Below the pieces are notes generated by a model. That model was given only the letters and a program-made list of their open reading frames with translations, was not told the DNA's origin and did not search any database. A stretch of 64,000 nt of DNA, from positions 1 to 64,000 of IMG/VR virus record IMGVR_UViG_3300044712_000083; one strand, written 5' to 3'. Below, piece after piece: positions 38,504-48,230 of the stretch. Numbering within the stretch: the stretch's first letter is position 1; each line of letters starts with the position of its first letter. The DNA is from a virus. Position numbers and translations under genes: made by a program.

Positions 38504-38925
38504 TAGCTCAATGTTAGTAGGTATTTAGTTGTAGCTGCTTTTCCAGACAAGCTTTGAGCAACATTTTCAATGTCAGGCATATTGTTTGTAGCTCCGTAGT
38601 TCTGCAGTTGCTTAGCAAACGCCATTAACTCAGACACCACTTGCTCAGATACACCTGGAGCATAATCTTTCAATTGTCCTGGATTACCAATCTTAGCACG
38701 AGTACCTGAGTAGCCCATGATCTTCTCAATAATCTCATCTTTGAAATCAAAGACAGCATCGTACAATCCACCTAAAGCCTGGTGCTCTGCATAAGAACGT
38801 GTGGCCCAGTGCAAGTTATGTAGTTGTAGTTCAAAGTATGTTAGCTTTGTAGCAATAACATCAGGAGAAAGATCTCCTGACGCACTGCTTAGCATTTCTT
38901 GTGGGAATAATGATTTTAATGCCAT
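38503..38925 (-). CDS. Dps/ferritin-like (DUF5856-type) protein
   Basis: LHNLHW.T.SYAEHQAL..LYD.....D...E; YLLTL end. Confidence 0.8.
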   Translation of the reverse strand: MALKSLFPQEMLSSASGDLSPDVIATKLTYFELQLHNLHWATRSYAEHQALGGLYDAVFDFKDEIIEKIMGYSGTRAKIGNPGQLKDYAPGVSEQVVSELMAFAKQLQNYGATNNMPDIENVAQSLSGKAATTKYLLTLS

Positions 38926-38937
38926 GTTGTTTAAATA

Positions 38938-39402
38938 TTAGAAGCACTGAGTACAGCTGTAAATGTATGTAGCAGTTCCTCCAGTTGTATTCCAGTAGCA
39001 GTTAGAGTACTGCGGAGATTCCGAAAACAAAAGAGAAAAACCATAGACATTTATATTAAATGGAATAGTTAATGCAGCATCTTCCCAAAGAGTTGTCCAA
39101 TCTGCAAGAGTGCTACTTTGTGTATATCCAATAGAAGTCTGTGGGTTAATGTTATTACATGCATCTGAACTATTTGCATAACTTGTTATTACCCATGCTG
39201 TAGGTTGATTTCCACCACCACCACTGTGACTAGTTGATGTAGTTGTTGTACTAGGATTAGATCCTCTATAGTACATAGGAATTTCTCTCCAGTTACCATT
39301 CTTTGGTTTGGAGGTTCTAAACACAGGTGATCCTGATACTACACGACCTGTACCGTCAGTTTGCACATATGCTTTTAATTTTGGTGTTATATTATTTGCC
39401 AT
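38938..39402 (-). CDS. modular Thr-rich virion-associated protein, family A
   Basis: LKAYVQTDGTGRVVSGS...WREIP head, STTTTSTS linker, variable tail. Confidence 0.75.
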   Translation of the reverse strand: MANNITPKLKAYVQTDGTGRVVSGSPVFRTSKPKNGNWREIPMYYRGSNPSTTTTSTSHSGGGGNQPTAWVITSYANSSDACNNINPQTSIGYTQSSTLADWTTLWEDAALTIPFNINVYGFSLLFSESPQYSNCYWNTTGGTATYIYSCTQCF

Positions 39403-39423
39403 TTTCTATATCTTATTTAATTA

Positions 39424-39825
39424 TTATACACAGTTATAAACACTTAATACACCACCAGCATTAACTAAATACTTGGTCATAAGATCAGAAATAACCAATC
39501 CTGTTGTAACAGGTGTAGTTAGTGCACTATCAGTAAATACACTAATTCCTGCAGCTAATGTTGACGAAGATGAATAGAATGTTATGTTAGCTGAAATTGT
39601 AGTATTACATGCATCAGTTACATTATCCCAGTAGCCTTTAGTAAATGATGTAGGGGCTGCTGTGGTAGTTGTTGATGTAGTATCATTACAACAGTTATAA
39701 GTAGGAATTTCAAACCAACGTCCAACACGTGGTCTGTTCTTTCTCAGAATCAGGCTGCCTGCAACAACCCTTCCGCTACCATCGTAGCGAACAAATGCTT
39801 TTAATTTCTTCTGATTATTAGCCAT
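39424..39825 (-). CDS. modular Thr-rich virion-associated protein, family A
   Basis: LKAFVRYDGSGRVVAGS...WFEIP head and TTSTTTT linker. Confidence 0.75.
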   Translation of the reverse strand: MANNQKKLKAFVRYDGSGRVVAGSLILRKNRPRVGRWFEIPTYNCCNDTTSTTTTAAPTSFTKGYWDNVTDACNTTISANITFYSSSSTLAAGISVFTDSALTTPVTTGLVISDLMTKYLVNAGGVLSVYNCV

Positions 39826-39830
39826 TTTGA

Positions 39831-40850
39831 TTAATAGTTTAAATTGTATTTTTCTTTAAGTTCTATAAGTTTAGATACGTAGAAATGAGTACCAAGTCTC
39901 TTGCTACGCTCATCAGTATATACTGTCATCATATGAGGATCTGTAAAAGGATCTGTTCCACCGTGGTATTTACCTTTATAGAATGTTGGAACATCACCCA
40001 TGTAATCACCAACCATTCCAGCATTATGAAATATACCTAACTTATCAACTTTTTCTATAGAATCAGAAGCCCAAGAGAATTCCATTTCAGGAATCACCTT
40101 TGTATCATCTCCTCTACGCCATAAGTTCCATAGAACTGCCCACATATCTGCACACCAACTTTGAAAACCTTTATCTTCACTTTCAAAGAATTCTCGATTA
40201 ATACTCATTAAATAAACTCTAATAGAAATACAATCTTCCATTACATGTTTCCAGAAGTCTGCATCAATATTCTTTAATAGATATTGAGCTCCTCCTGAAT
40301 CATCATTAGATTTTTCAGCAATGAAACGTGTAATACCACAAAGATTTGTTGTCTCTTCTAGAATATCACGTTGTTTGTATTCTTCTAGTTTATCAGGTAG
40401 AACATCTCTTTCTTTACTATCAAAGTAACGAGCGTTGATGTAGCTATTAGTATCTGATAAATAGTGTACATCATCATCTACATACTGATCAATGTTGAAC
40501 TTCTCTGTAAAGTATACATCACAATCACAATAGAACAATGCTTTTTCTTTCATCTCAGGATGATCCTGGAAGTAACGCATTAATGTGTATGGACGTAAGA
40601 CAGAAACGTAGATTCCTAACATCTCACTGATTGTATTATCTTCATCCTTATAGAAAGCAAACTCTGCTTCTGGATATAAGTCTACAATCTTTTGCCATTT
40701 GTCATTAGGCTCTCTGAAATGTGGAGTAAAGACTAGCACAATTGCTTTGTCTGAATGTCCTAGCTTTCTTAATGATTCTAGCCATAAATGCACTTGCCAT
40801 GTAAAATATACATCGTCTGGCTGTGCACAGATAAATTTAAGATCCCTCAT
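39831..40850 (-). CDS. GT-A glycosyltransferase resembling peptidyl-serine galactosyltransferase / HPAT (GT96/GT95)
   Basis: YFTWQ (cf. YFDWQ), LRP (cf. NKP), DCD DxD motif, WCADMW (cf. WxxEMY), late His. Confidence 0.65.
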   Translation of the reverse strand: MRDLKFICAQPDDVYFTWQVHLWLESLRKLGHSDKAIVLVFTPHFREPNDKWQKIVDLYPEAEFAFYKDEDNTISEMLGIYVSVLRPYTLMRYFQDHPEMKEKALFYCDCDVYFTEKFNIDQYVDDDVHYLSDTNSYINARYFDSKERDVLPDKLEEYKQRDILEETTNLCGITRFIAEKSNDDSGGAQYLLKNIDADFWKHVMEDCISIRVYLMSINREFFESEDKGFQSWCADMWAVLWNLWRRGDDTKVIPEMEFSWASDSIEKVDKLGIFHNAGMVGDYMGDVPTFYKGKYHGGTDPFTDPHMMTVYTDERSKRLGTHFYVSKLIELKEKYNLNY

Positions 40851-40876
40851 GTAGTTAGTTGTTTTATTTTTTAATT

Positions 40877-41680
40877 TTATACAGATCCTACTTGTAATGA
40901 TCCTTCATATCCTACAAATGGATTAAGTGTAGAGTAATTAGCTCCGCTGTTTGTAGCATTATGACCATTACCACTATTGTCAGTTAATTCTGCAGTGATG
41001 TTTGTTCCTTGGAAGATTAATAATTTAGTAGTAGGTAGAGCAGCTAACGGTGCAGTTGGTACAGATCCACTAAATGGTGCTGTATACACTGCAGAATCTG
41101 TCCATCTAAAATTGCTTAGATATCCATTTATGTAAGAGTCTGGCTCATTACCATATCCAATGGTTAATGGTAAGCCTGAGCTAGATATAGATGTAGACCA
41201 TGATGATGTAGCTAATTCATAACCATCAATATACATATACACTAAACTACCATTACCTACAATAGCAATGTGATGCCAACCTCCTACTAAGTTGATTCCT
41301 AAGCTACCAGGAGTTCCTGCTATTAGTGGACTACCGTTGCCCCAGAAGTAAATAACAGAGGCACCACCTTCAATAGAAATAGCGTTAGGAGCAGGATATG
41401 CACCAAAGCTGTAGACACGTGGAAATCCATTTGGATTAGCCATGTTCAAGAAGAACTCAATTGTAAAGTCTCCTGAAATATCAAAGTCCGTACTAGCAGC
41501 GATGCCTATATTGCCAGGAGGCGTTGGAGCAATTGTAGTAGTTGTAGTAGTAGTAGGATTTACATACACAGGATTATTATACATCACACGTGTAAGACTC
41601 TCCAATTGCTTAGAGATGTCCCAAAGCAATGCTGCCTTAGTGCTAGATGGTTGTCCTATCTGTTTTGAAGGTATTGCCAT
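40877..41680 (-). CDS. modular Thr-rich protein, family B, with LamG/ConA-like domain
   Basis: MAIPSKQIG..LLW.ISKQLE head, TTTTTTT linker, DFTIEFF...WHHIAIV...YIDG...L.IG. Confidence 0.8.
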   Translation of the reverse strand: MAIPSKQIGQPSSTKAALLWDISKQLESLTRVMYNNPVYVNPTTTTTTTIAPTPPGNIGIAASTDFDISGDFTIEFFLNMANPNGFPRVYSFGAYPAPNAISIEGGASVIYFWGNGSPLIAGTPGSLGINLVGGWHHIAIVGNGSLVYMYIDGYELATSSWSTSISSSGLPLTIGYGNEPDSYINGYLSNFRWTDSAVYTAPFSGSVPTAPLAALPTTKLLIFQGTNITAELTDNSGNGHNATNSGANYSTLNPFVGYEGSLQVGSV

Positions 41681-41684
41681 GATC

Positions 41685-42182
41685 TTAAGGAGTATATGAT
41701 GGTAATGTAAATAACTTTACTGTATATAACACTTGAAGTTGAGTAACGTCAATGTCTTCACCAAATGAAAAAGATACCAATTGATCTGTTACTGAAGTTT
41801 GAATACCAGCTGCTGATTCATTAGATCTATTATTCTCACCCTGTAAATTTTTCGAAAAAATTCCAGAGTTTGCACCAAACCACAAAGTGCCTGTAGAATT
41901 ACCAAATACAGGATTAGAAGTATTAGCAATCATTGAATATTCAATAATTCCTCCTGATGATTGAGATAAGTCTACTGTAAGAAATGGAGATCCATCCTGT
42001 AACCCAATCCAAGCTCCTGAGAATGTCTCAATCTTAGCACCAGCGTTATCACCACTTGATACGTTTAATAATGTCTTCTTACTATTATAAGTGACGCTTG
42101 TCAAACTCTCTAACTGCTTAGAGATTTGCCACAACAGATTTTCTTCTGTTCCCCAACCTACTTGTTTAGATGGTATAGCCAT
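41685..42182 (-). CDS. modular protein, family B
   Basis: MAIPSKQVG..LLWQISKQLESLT head with an unrelated C-terminal domain. Confidence 0.75.
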   Translation of the reverse strand: MAIPSKQVGWGTEENLLWQISKQLESLTSVTYNSKKTLLNVSSGDNAGAKIETFSGAWIGLQDGSPFLTVDLSQSSGGIIEYSMIANTSNPVFGNSTGTLWFGANSGIFSKNLQGENNRSNESAAGIQTSVTDQLVSFSFGEDIDVTQLQVLYTVKLFTLPSYTP

Positions 42183-42201
42183 GATAAATTTATTTTATAT
42201 T

Positions 42202-43419
42202 TTAATTTGTAGTTATAAGTGCTCCTCTTGCTTGAAGAGTTGCTTTGTCTATTAATCCTTGTCCTGTTGGAGCTGCGTTTGTTCCACCATCTAGTACTAC
42301 ACTATGACTTGGTCCAAATAACGTTGTACCATTTGTACCATCTAAGCTTACAAGTAATGCAAGTATACCATTTACAGATGCCTCATCTAACGCATTAGAT
42401 GAAAAAACAATTTGAATATCGTCTATTCTTTTAATTGTACCAATTACACCTAGTGATAGTGATGTCAATAATGAATTATATGCTATTGAAATACCGCCAT
42501 AAATATTAACAACTGTTGGTGGAACTGTAATACTTGTTACTAATGTATTTTCTATTATAAATGAATTAATAGCAGTTACATTAGGAAGATCAATTGTTAA
42601 TGTTGAAATCTCATAATTTAGCTCAACACCAAAAGTAGTTACTAGAGGGAAAGATAAAGTTGTTCCTTTATATCCTATAAGTGTTAAATTAGTAACATTA
42701 GGAAAATTAGTTGAGGTTAAATCTGTAATAGGTACATTACTATTATCCATAACTAATCTAACTGTAGAAGCATCTGATGATACTGTTGTGAACAAAGGTG
42801 CATTAGCAATATCAAGATCAAATACTGTATCAGATAAAACAACACTTGTTAATGCTGGTGCATCAGTAATTACAAGAAGTGAGGTATATGATGGTAATGA
42901 TAAAGATTGTAGACTAGTAGCACCTTGAATAATACGATTTTGACCTCCTGCACTAACCAAATTAGGAGCACTAATTGTAGTGAGAGAAGTTAAATTATAA
43001 AATTCAAAATTACTAGCAATTGTAACAACTGATGGTAAATTTATTGTAGTTAAATTTAAATAATCAGTAAGAGAAATACTTCCTAATAAAGTTATTCCTG
43101 GGAATGTAATAGAACTTACGGTTTCTGCAGCACCATTACCAAGACTACCAGCATCTCCAGTAATATATGGAAGTGTACGACTCTGAGCAATTTTAGTTCC
43201 TCCTGTTGAAGCAGAATCTGCTGCAGTAATCTGAGTTAGAATATCTACAGTTAATGTATTGATAGCCCCCACTGTACTAAACGTAACTGTAGGATCCGCA
43301 GCAGGAATACCAGAAGAAATTATAGTGTCAACTACAGAATCAAGACTAAGCTCACCCTTTACAGGTTTGTCAGTGTTCTTCCATAAACCACTCTTAATAT
43401 AAATATTAGACTTAGCCAT
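42202..43419 (-). CDS. LRR / receptor-L-like solenoid fibre protein
   Basis: Repeated LTTI.LP.(L/V)..I units. Confidence 0.7.
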   Translation of the reverse strand: MAKSNIYIKSGLWKNTDKPVKGELSLDSVVDTIISSGIPAADPTVTFSTVGAINTLTVDILTQITAADSASTGGTKIAQSRTLPYITGDAGSLGNGAAETVSSITFPGITLLGSISLTDYLNLTTINLPSVVTIASNFEFYNLTSLTTISAPNLVSAGGQNRIIQGATSLQSLSLPSYTSLLVITDAPALTSVVLSDTVFDLDIANAPLFTTVSSDASTVRLVMDNSNVPITDLTSTNFPNVTNLTLIGYKGTTLSFPLVTTFGVELNYEISTLTIDLPNVTAINSFIIENTLVTSITVPPTVVNIYGGISIAYNSLLTSLSLGVIGTIKRIDDIQIVFSSNALDEASVNGILALLVSLDGTNGTTLFGPSHSVVLDGGTNAAPTGQGLIDKATLQARGALITTN

Positions 43420-43441
43420 GATAAATTTTTGTTAAATATTA

Positions 43442-43449
43442 CAAATATA
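43442..43449 (-). promoter_or_regulatory. Bacteroidota -7 promoter element
   Basis: TATATTTG upstream of 43419, with TTG about 17 nt further upstream. Confidence 0.55.
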
Positions 43450-43528
43450 TGTTACTTTAAATGATATGCAATAGAATACTATAAATTCAGATTAACGTAT
43501 TTGATTACACCATCTCTAATTAAATTAG

Positions 43529-44719
43529 TTATAGATTGATCTTGGTACCGATCATACTCATGAATGTTACTGGTACGCTTGTGTTTGTACTCAAACTAAC
43601 CTTCAATCCACAGTTGAATCTAAACCTTTTACTCAATGCTACATCAAATCCAGAGCCTGTTAATATACCCACATCCTTTGTCAGTGAGTTAGAAACATAG
43701 ATATCTGGAGACATAGATAAGTATTTATTCACTTTGAATGGTCTAGTGTAAAATGCCATCAAGCCATTACCAAACTCTCCTGTGTATGTTAATGCGTAGT
43801 TGAAACCTGTAACTCCTTTACCTATTGGTTTAATAACAGCTGCTGTAGCAAACGCTATTGTGTTACCTTGTAGATAAACTCCTGTTAAACCGTAGTTGAA
43901 AATAGCCTTACCCATCTTTGTGTATCTTGCAGACAGAGCAAACTGGTTAAAGCTACTCCATATCATAGATGTAAGTCCGTAAGACACGTTACCAAGCAGT
44001 GAGGACTGTGATGCCCCCAGTGATATGATAGCACTAAAAGGACTATCAGGTCCGCCAAGCATAGTAAGGTCAGAGCTGTAAACAATAGGATTAAGCTTAG
44101 CAGCAGCTTTGTTGGAAGCCTTAGAAGACTTCTTATCATCACTCTTTTTCTCTTTAGACTCACTTTTACTTTCTGATTTCTCTTCAGATTTAGATGAACT
44201 TTCTTCACTTTTAGACGAACTTTCACTAGAACTACTTGATTCTGAGCTACTTGAGCTTGAAGAATTAGACGAACTATTAGACGAACTAGTAGTAGGTGCA
44301 GGAGTAGAAGCTACTGCTGATGAAGTGGCAGCACTTGTAGCAGATGCTGTAGCACTACTAGTTGCAGCAGCTGTGGCAGCTTGTGTTGCTTGGGCAGTTG
44401 CTTGCTGTGTAGCTTGTTGTGTTGCCTGAGCAACAGCTTGGGTTACAGCCTGAGTAATTATTACGGTTGTAGTTGTAGTTTGTGGACAAGGCGTAGAGTT
44501 AATCATATTAATCCACGCTGTTAAAGCTCCTGTTGTTATGTCATCAGCTGTAACAACTCTAGCTTGTCCTCTATAAACTATAGTAACTGTCCCATTATTT
44601 AGTGGAACAGTTACTGTTAGTACTTGCCCAGAACACGGATCTACATACACTTGTGTTAGAACTTGAGCACTCGCTAAGTTAAAACACAATAACAGTATGA
44701 AGGTCCATATCCATTTCAC
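43529..44719 (-). CDS. signal-peptide protein with S/T/A/Q-rich stalk and C-terminal beta-barrel-like domain
   Basis: Sec signal (ASA-Q), Cys pair, low-complexity linker, alternating amphipathic beta-strands. Confidence 0.7.
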   Translation of the reverse strand: MKWIWTFILLLCFNLASAQVLTQVYVDPCSGQVLTVTVPLNNGTVTIVYRGQARVVTADDITTGALTAWINMINSTPCPQTTTTTVIITQAVTQAVAQATQQATQQATAQATQAATAAATSSATASATSAATSSAVASTPAPTTSSSNSSSNSSSSSSSESSSSSESSSKSEESSSKSEEKSESKSESKEKKSDDKKSSKASNKAAAKLNPIVYSSDLTMLGGPDSPFSAIISLGASQSSLLGNVSYGLTSMIWSSFNQFALSARYTKMGKAIFNYGLTGVYLQGNTIAFATAAVIKPIGKGVTGFNYALTYTGEFGNGLMAFYTRPFKVNKYLSMSPDIYVSNSLTKDVGILTGSGFDVALSKRFRFNCGLKVSLSTNTSVPVTFMSMIGTKINL

Positions 44720-45057
44720 TATTTAGGATCAATCTTAATAGTAGAGTCGATAGCTACCTGAGAACGTTTCAATTGTAACATCTCTTCTTGGTAGTCCCAC
44801 TTAGCTTCAAGAGCTTTGATTTTTTGGCGAGCCTTAATCTTAGCACGCATCTTGAAAATCTTTCCTTCAATCTTGGAAATCTTTACATAACGTGCAGCAG
44901 GATCTTCTTCTGTCAACTTAACAATCTCCAACTTGTGTTCTAAGTTAGAGATACGAGTTTGATACATAGGAATCTTAGCTCCTTGGTAGATTCTGTATGC
45001 AGGATATGCACTCATCACTAGTGCAATAGAACCTGCAATAATTAATTTTTCTAACAT
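44719..45057 (-). CDS. membrane-anchored coiled-coil protein
   Basis: N-terminal TM, basic helix. Confidence 0.65.
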   Translation of the reverse strand: MLEKLIIAGSIALVMSAYPAYRIYQGAKIPMYQTRISNLEHKLEIVKLTEEDPAARYVKISKIEGKIFKMRAKIKARQKIKALEAKWDYQEEMLQLKRSQVAIDSTIKIDPK

Positions 45058-45065
45058 GGTATTGG

Positions 45066-45791
45066 TTATTTAGTGAAAATCTTTTTCTTAATCATGCGTA
45101 CCACAATTTTACTAGTAGCATCTTCAAGTGCTTTCTTAGTCGTTGTACCAATTGTGGATTGATTAAACTTAACATCAGTAAAGTTAGCATCGTTCATTAA
45201 AGTTGCTTCTCTGGTAGTCTGAGCTGTACCCAAACCTGAACCAGTGAAGTACGCTCCAGTCTCAGCGTCTACAAATCTAACTTGTAAACCTAGACGAGTT
45301 ACTACAGTTTGTTTAACTCCGTTCTTCAAAGATACGGATTCATCTTCAGAAACGGAAAAATCATACACCTCAATATATACAAAATATTTTGCAAGTCTGA
45401 TTTTACCTCTTCCATCAAGTTTGTCTTCAGTGATCCCCTTTTGAGATGCCTGAAACTGCTTGACCATTCGGTTCTTGATCTCAGCTTTATCTTCAGTAAA
45501 TATAAATCGGTTGGTTTCTTCTAGGTATTCTACAACTATATTAGTGACACCAAGACCCACTCTTTTGTCTTTGAGTTCTGGATAAGAAGCATAGACATCT
45601 TCATTGATACCAAGAGATAAGAGTTGAATAGGAATGGTTGGGCCGTCATAATCCATCAATGAGTCTATGTTAATCTTCTTTTCAAAGGAAGCTGTGTAGC
45701 TTTCTGTCTTAGTTGTAGCAATCTGACCACTAACTTTGTACGTTAGTGATAAGCTCAATAATAAACTGAATAATAAGCTTAATCTCTTCAT
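45066..45791 (-). CDS. CsgG-family (curli transport/TolB_N-like) protein
   Basis: Signal peptide; GVTNIVVEYL..TNRF.F.E, VYDFSV, LGLQVRFVDAETG....GSG.G, KKALEDA. Confidence 0.7.
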   Translation of the reverse strand: MKRLSLLFSLLLSLSLTYKVSGQIATTKTESYTASFEKKINIDSLMDYDGPTIPIQLLSLGINEDVYASYPELKDKRVGLGVTNIVVEYLEETNRFIFTEDKAEIKNRMVKQFQASQKGITEDKLDGRGKIRLAKYFVYIEVYDFSVSEDESVSLKNGVKQTVVTRLGLQVRFVDAETGAYFTGSGLGTAQTTREATLMNDANFTDVKFNQSTIGTTTKKALEDATSKIVVRMIKKKIFTK

Positions 45792-45819
45792 ATAGTTTTC
45801 TCATTAAGAGGGGGTTTCG

Positions 45820-46131
45820 TTACCACTGTGGCTCCTCTTTCAGAGCCTCTTTTTCTGTTTTCTTTTTAGGAGCAGCCTCCTTTTCTTTAATAATAACTGT
45901 CTTACCAGCAGGAGCTGCTGATTGTTGTTGAGAGTTATTAGTAGTGATATTGATTACAGGAGCAGGTGCTGATACAGCAGCAGGTTGAGCAGCCTCAGCA
46001 GCTTTCTCTTCTCCACCACCAAATAACTGTGAACCTAAATAAGCTCCACCAGCTGTTACAATTGTTCCTACAGTTCCTACTATAGTCTTGACCAATCCTG
46101 ACCAAGTACCATCATTGTGTTCGTCTGACAT
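45820..46131 (-). CDS. small membrane protein with Ala/Pro/Gln linker
   Basis: Gly-rich TM segment, PVINIT, NSQQQ. Confidence 0.65.
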   Translation of the reverse strand: MSDEHNDGTWSGLVKTIVGTVGTIVTAGGAYLGSQLFGGGEEKAAEAAQPAAVSAPAPVINITTNNSQQQSAAPAGKTVIIKEKEAAPKKKTEKEALKEEPQW

Positions 46132-46487
46132 TATCGTTTAATAATTAAAGGTTTTTTAATAGATACACCAGCTACATCAGTTAATGTGATGTCATATAAT
46201 CCATCAGGTAGATCTGCAAGATCGTACACTCTGGTTACAATCTCTTCCTCAGCTGTCAAAGGAAGAGTTTTAGTTGGATCAGATTGACCAAACTCATATA
46301 CTTGTACAGAATACTTTGCTCCTGTAGTTACATTATACATGACTGTAATTTTTGTTCCTTGTGCCATTACACTAAGGATATTTGTTTTATTTGTAGGATT
46401 AGCACCTAGGTTTATCTCAGGTGCAGGCAATTCTACATCAGCACACGCTGTGAGAAACAGCGATGCGATCATTATTAATTTTTTCAT
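46131..46487 (-). CDS. lipoprotein with T9SS-CTD-like Ig fold
   Basis: LTAC lipobox; DLADLPDGLYDITL....KKPLIIK. Confidence 0.65.
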   Translation of the reverse strand: MKKLIMIASLFLTACADVELPAPEINLGANPTNKTNILSVMAQGTKITVMYNVTTGAKYSVQVYEFGQSDPTKTLPLTAEEEIVTRVYDLADLPDGLYDITLTDVAGVSIKKPLIIKR

Positions 46488-46499
46488 TATAGAACTAAG

Positions 46500-48230
46500 T
46501 TAGAAGTTGTTGTATCCTGTAAGTTTAATCTTGTCTGTATTCAGGCTAATAGATAACTGTACACCTTTAGAGTCAGCAGCATCCATGATAGGGCTAACCT
46601 TGATGAATGTATTGATGTCCAATCCATTCTGTAATGCTGTAAAGCGTAACTTGAATGGAATAATATCACCTTCTACAGGAGCATTCAATTGCTGATCTAA
46701 TGCACCAAACTTGATATAACCTGTACCTTTGTTAGCAAACACATACCATTTGTTAGGTAGCTCATTCTTTAACTCTTCAAACTTAATCTTGCTCTCATCA
46801 TAAGAGAACTGGAACTGTAGAGCACCTACCTTGTTTCCATTTGTGGAAACTTTTACAGGGATCTCAATAGAGTTAGATGTCACTACAGTGTTTGTTAAGT
46901 TAACTGTAATAGGAGCTACAGCAATTGTTCTATTAACTACACCTGCACCAGCTTGTGTAACAGATGATGAGTGTGACTTATTGATGTCACCAAACAATAG
47001 ATAACTAATGTTGATAGTCTCAGGATTACCCATTTGAGGTAATGTAGTATATGAATAGAATGTAGGTCCTACAGGAAAGTTTGTAATCCAATCAGCTGGT
47101 GTAGCATTATTGTAAGAAGACTTCTTGAATGTCATCATGCTCATCCAACCATTAGATCCTACAGTGTAACCTGCTGGTAGTACAGTGAGCTGATCTACGT
47201 TTACAACTTGTGCAAACAAACGAGTCAAGTCACCACCATCTAATGCACCACTTCTATTAACATCAGCAGCTTTATATCCCGCACCACTAGTGATAACTGT
47301 GTTCTTGAATGTACCATCTAAGTTCTGTGAAATGAATTCAGACTGAGCAGCTGTGTAGTCAGAGGTTGTAATAGCAGAGTTGTATAAGTTTTGGATATGA
47401 TCCATGTTATACATAGCCAAGATCTTGTACTGTGTACTAGGAGTTAATAAACTATCAATAACATTTACAGTTCCTGTAGCTGTTACATCAAACAAAGGTC
47501 CTTGGTTAGTTGTAGCATTAATGAACGCTACCTTCATTTTAGTAGGATCAATGTTAGGACTCAAGTCAACAGTAGCCTTTACATACTTAGTAGCATCAGG
47601 ATTCTGTGTAATAACTGTAGTTAGAGGAATCTCCATCAATGTAGAACCAGAAGAACCATTCTGATTGAATGACGCAGCAAAGTTCATCTTGATAGGATCC
47701 CACGAGTTACCTACAGCTGTAGGCTTTAATCTAAATCGTAGAACTAATAAACGATCATAGTTACCGTAAGGTAGAGGATTAGGAGATGCCCAGTTTAAAT
47801 ACGCACGAACAATAGTCTTAGGTCCCCCTTGTGTAAATGTGTAGTTAGAATACTGATAGTTAATATTACCATTAGTAGTTGTGTTCTGTTGCGTAGAGTT
47901 CCAATTATAACCAGGATATTGATAGAATGTAAAATCAATTGCGGAACCTGCAGGAAGAACGCCACCATTACCACCAGTGCCAGTGTGGTTAATAGAAATT
48001 AATTCAAACGCAGCATTGTTGTATTCAAAATCAAAGTAGAGTGCACGTGATGTTGTGTTACCATTTCCGTTCATTTGAACAATAACATCAAACTCATCAC
48101 CTTTGTCAATCACACCACCACCAATATCAAATTTAGTAGAATCAGAAGCAAGCTTTAATTTAACATCTTGAGCATAAGAATGTCCAGTTAATAGCGCAAA
48201 AAACTGGACAATTAGGAGGAGTTTTTTCAT
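46500..48230 (-). CDS. secreted protein with cohesin-like and dockerin-like domains
   Basis: Signal peptide; KGDEF.V...FDFEY cohesin-like, AADVNRSGALDGGD EF-hand, GDIN, second cohesin-like IPV.V...ALQFQFSYD. Confidence 0.7.
   Translation of the reverse strand: MKKLLLIVQFFALLTGHSYAQDVKLKLASDSTKFDIGGGVIDKGDEFDVIVQMNGNGNTTSRALYFDFEYNNAAFELISINHTGTGGNGGVLPAGSAIDFTFYQYPGYNWNSTQQNTTTNGNINYQYSNYTFTQGGPKTIVRAYLNWASPNPLPYGNYDRLLVLRFRLKPTAVGNSWDPIKMNFAASFNQNGSSGSTLMEIPLTTVITQNPDATKYVKATVDLSPNIDPTKMKVAFINATTNQGPLFDVTATGTVNVIDSLLTPSTQYKILAMYNMDHIQNLYNSAITTSDYTAAQSEFISQNLDGTFKNTVITSGAGYKAADVNRSGALDGGDLTRLFAQVVNVDQLTVLPAGYTVGSNGWMSMMTFKKSSYNNATPADWITNFPVGPTFYSYTTLPQMGNPETINISYLLFGDINKSHSSSVTQAGAGVVNRTIAVAPITVNLTNTVVTSNSIEIPVKVSTNGNKVGALQFQFSYDESKIKFEELKNELPNKWYVFANKGTGYIKFGALDQQLNAPVEGDIIPFKLRFTALQNGLDINTFIKVSPIMDAADSKGVQLSISLNTDKIKLTGYNNF

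Noticed and set aside
44100-44480. Low-complexity repeats and the + strand ORF 44109..44429
   Set aside because: Explained by the Ser/Thr/Ala/Gln linker of the minus-strand gene
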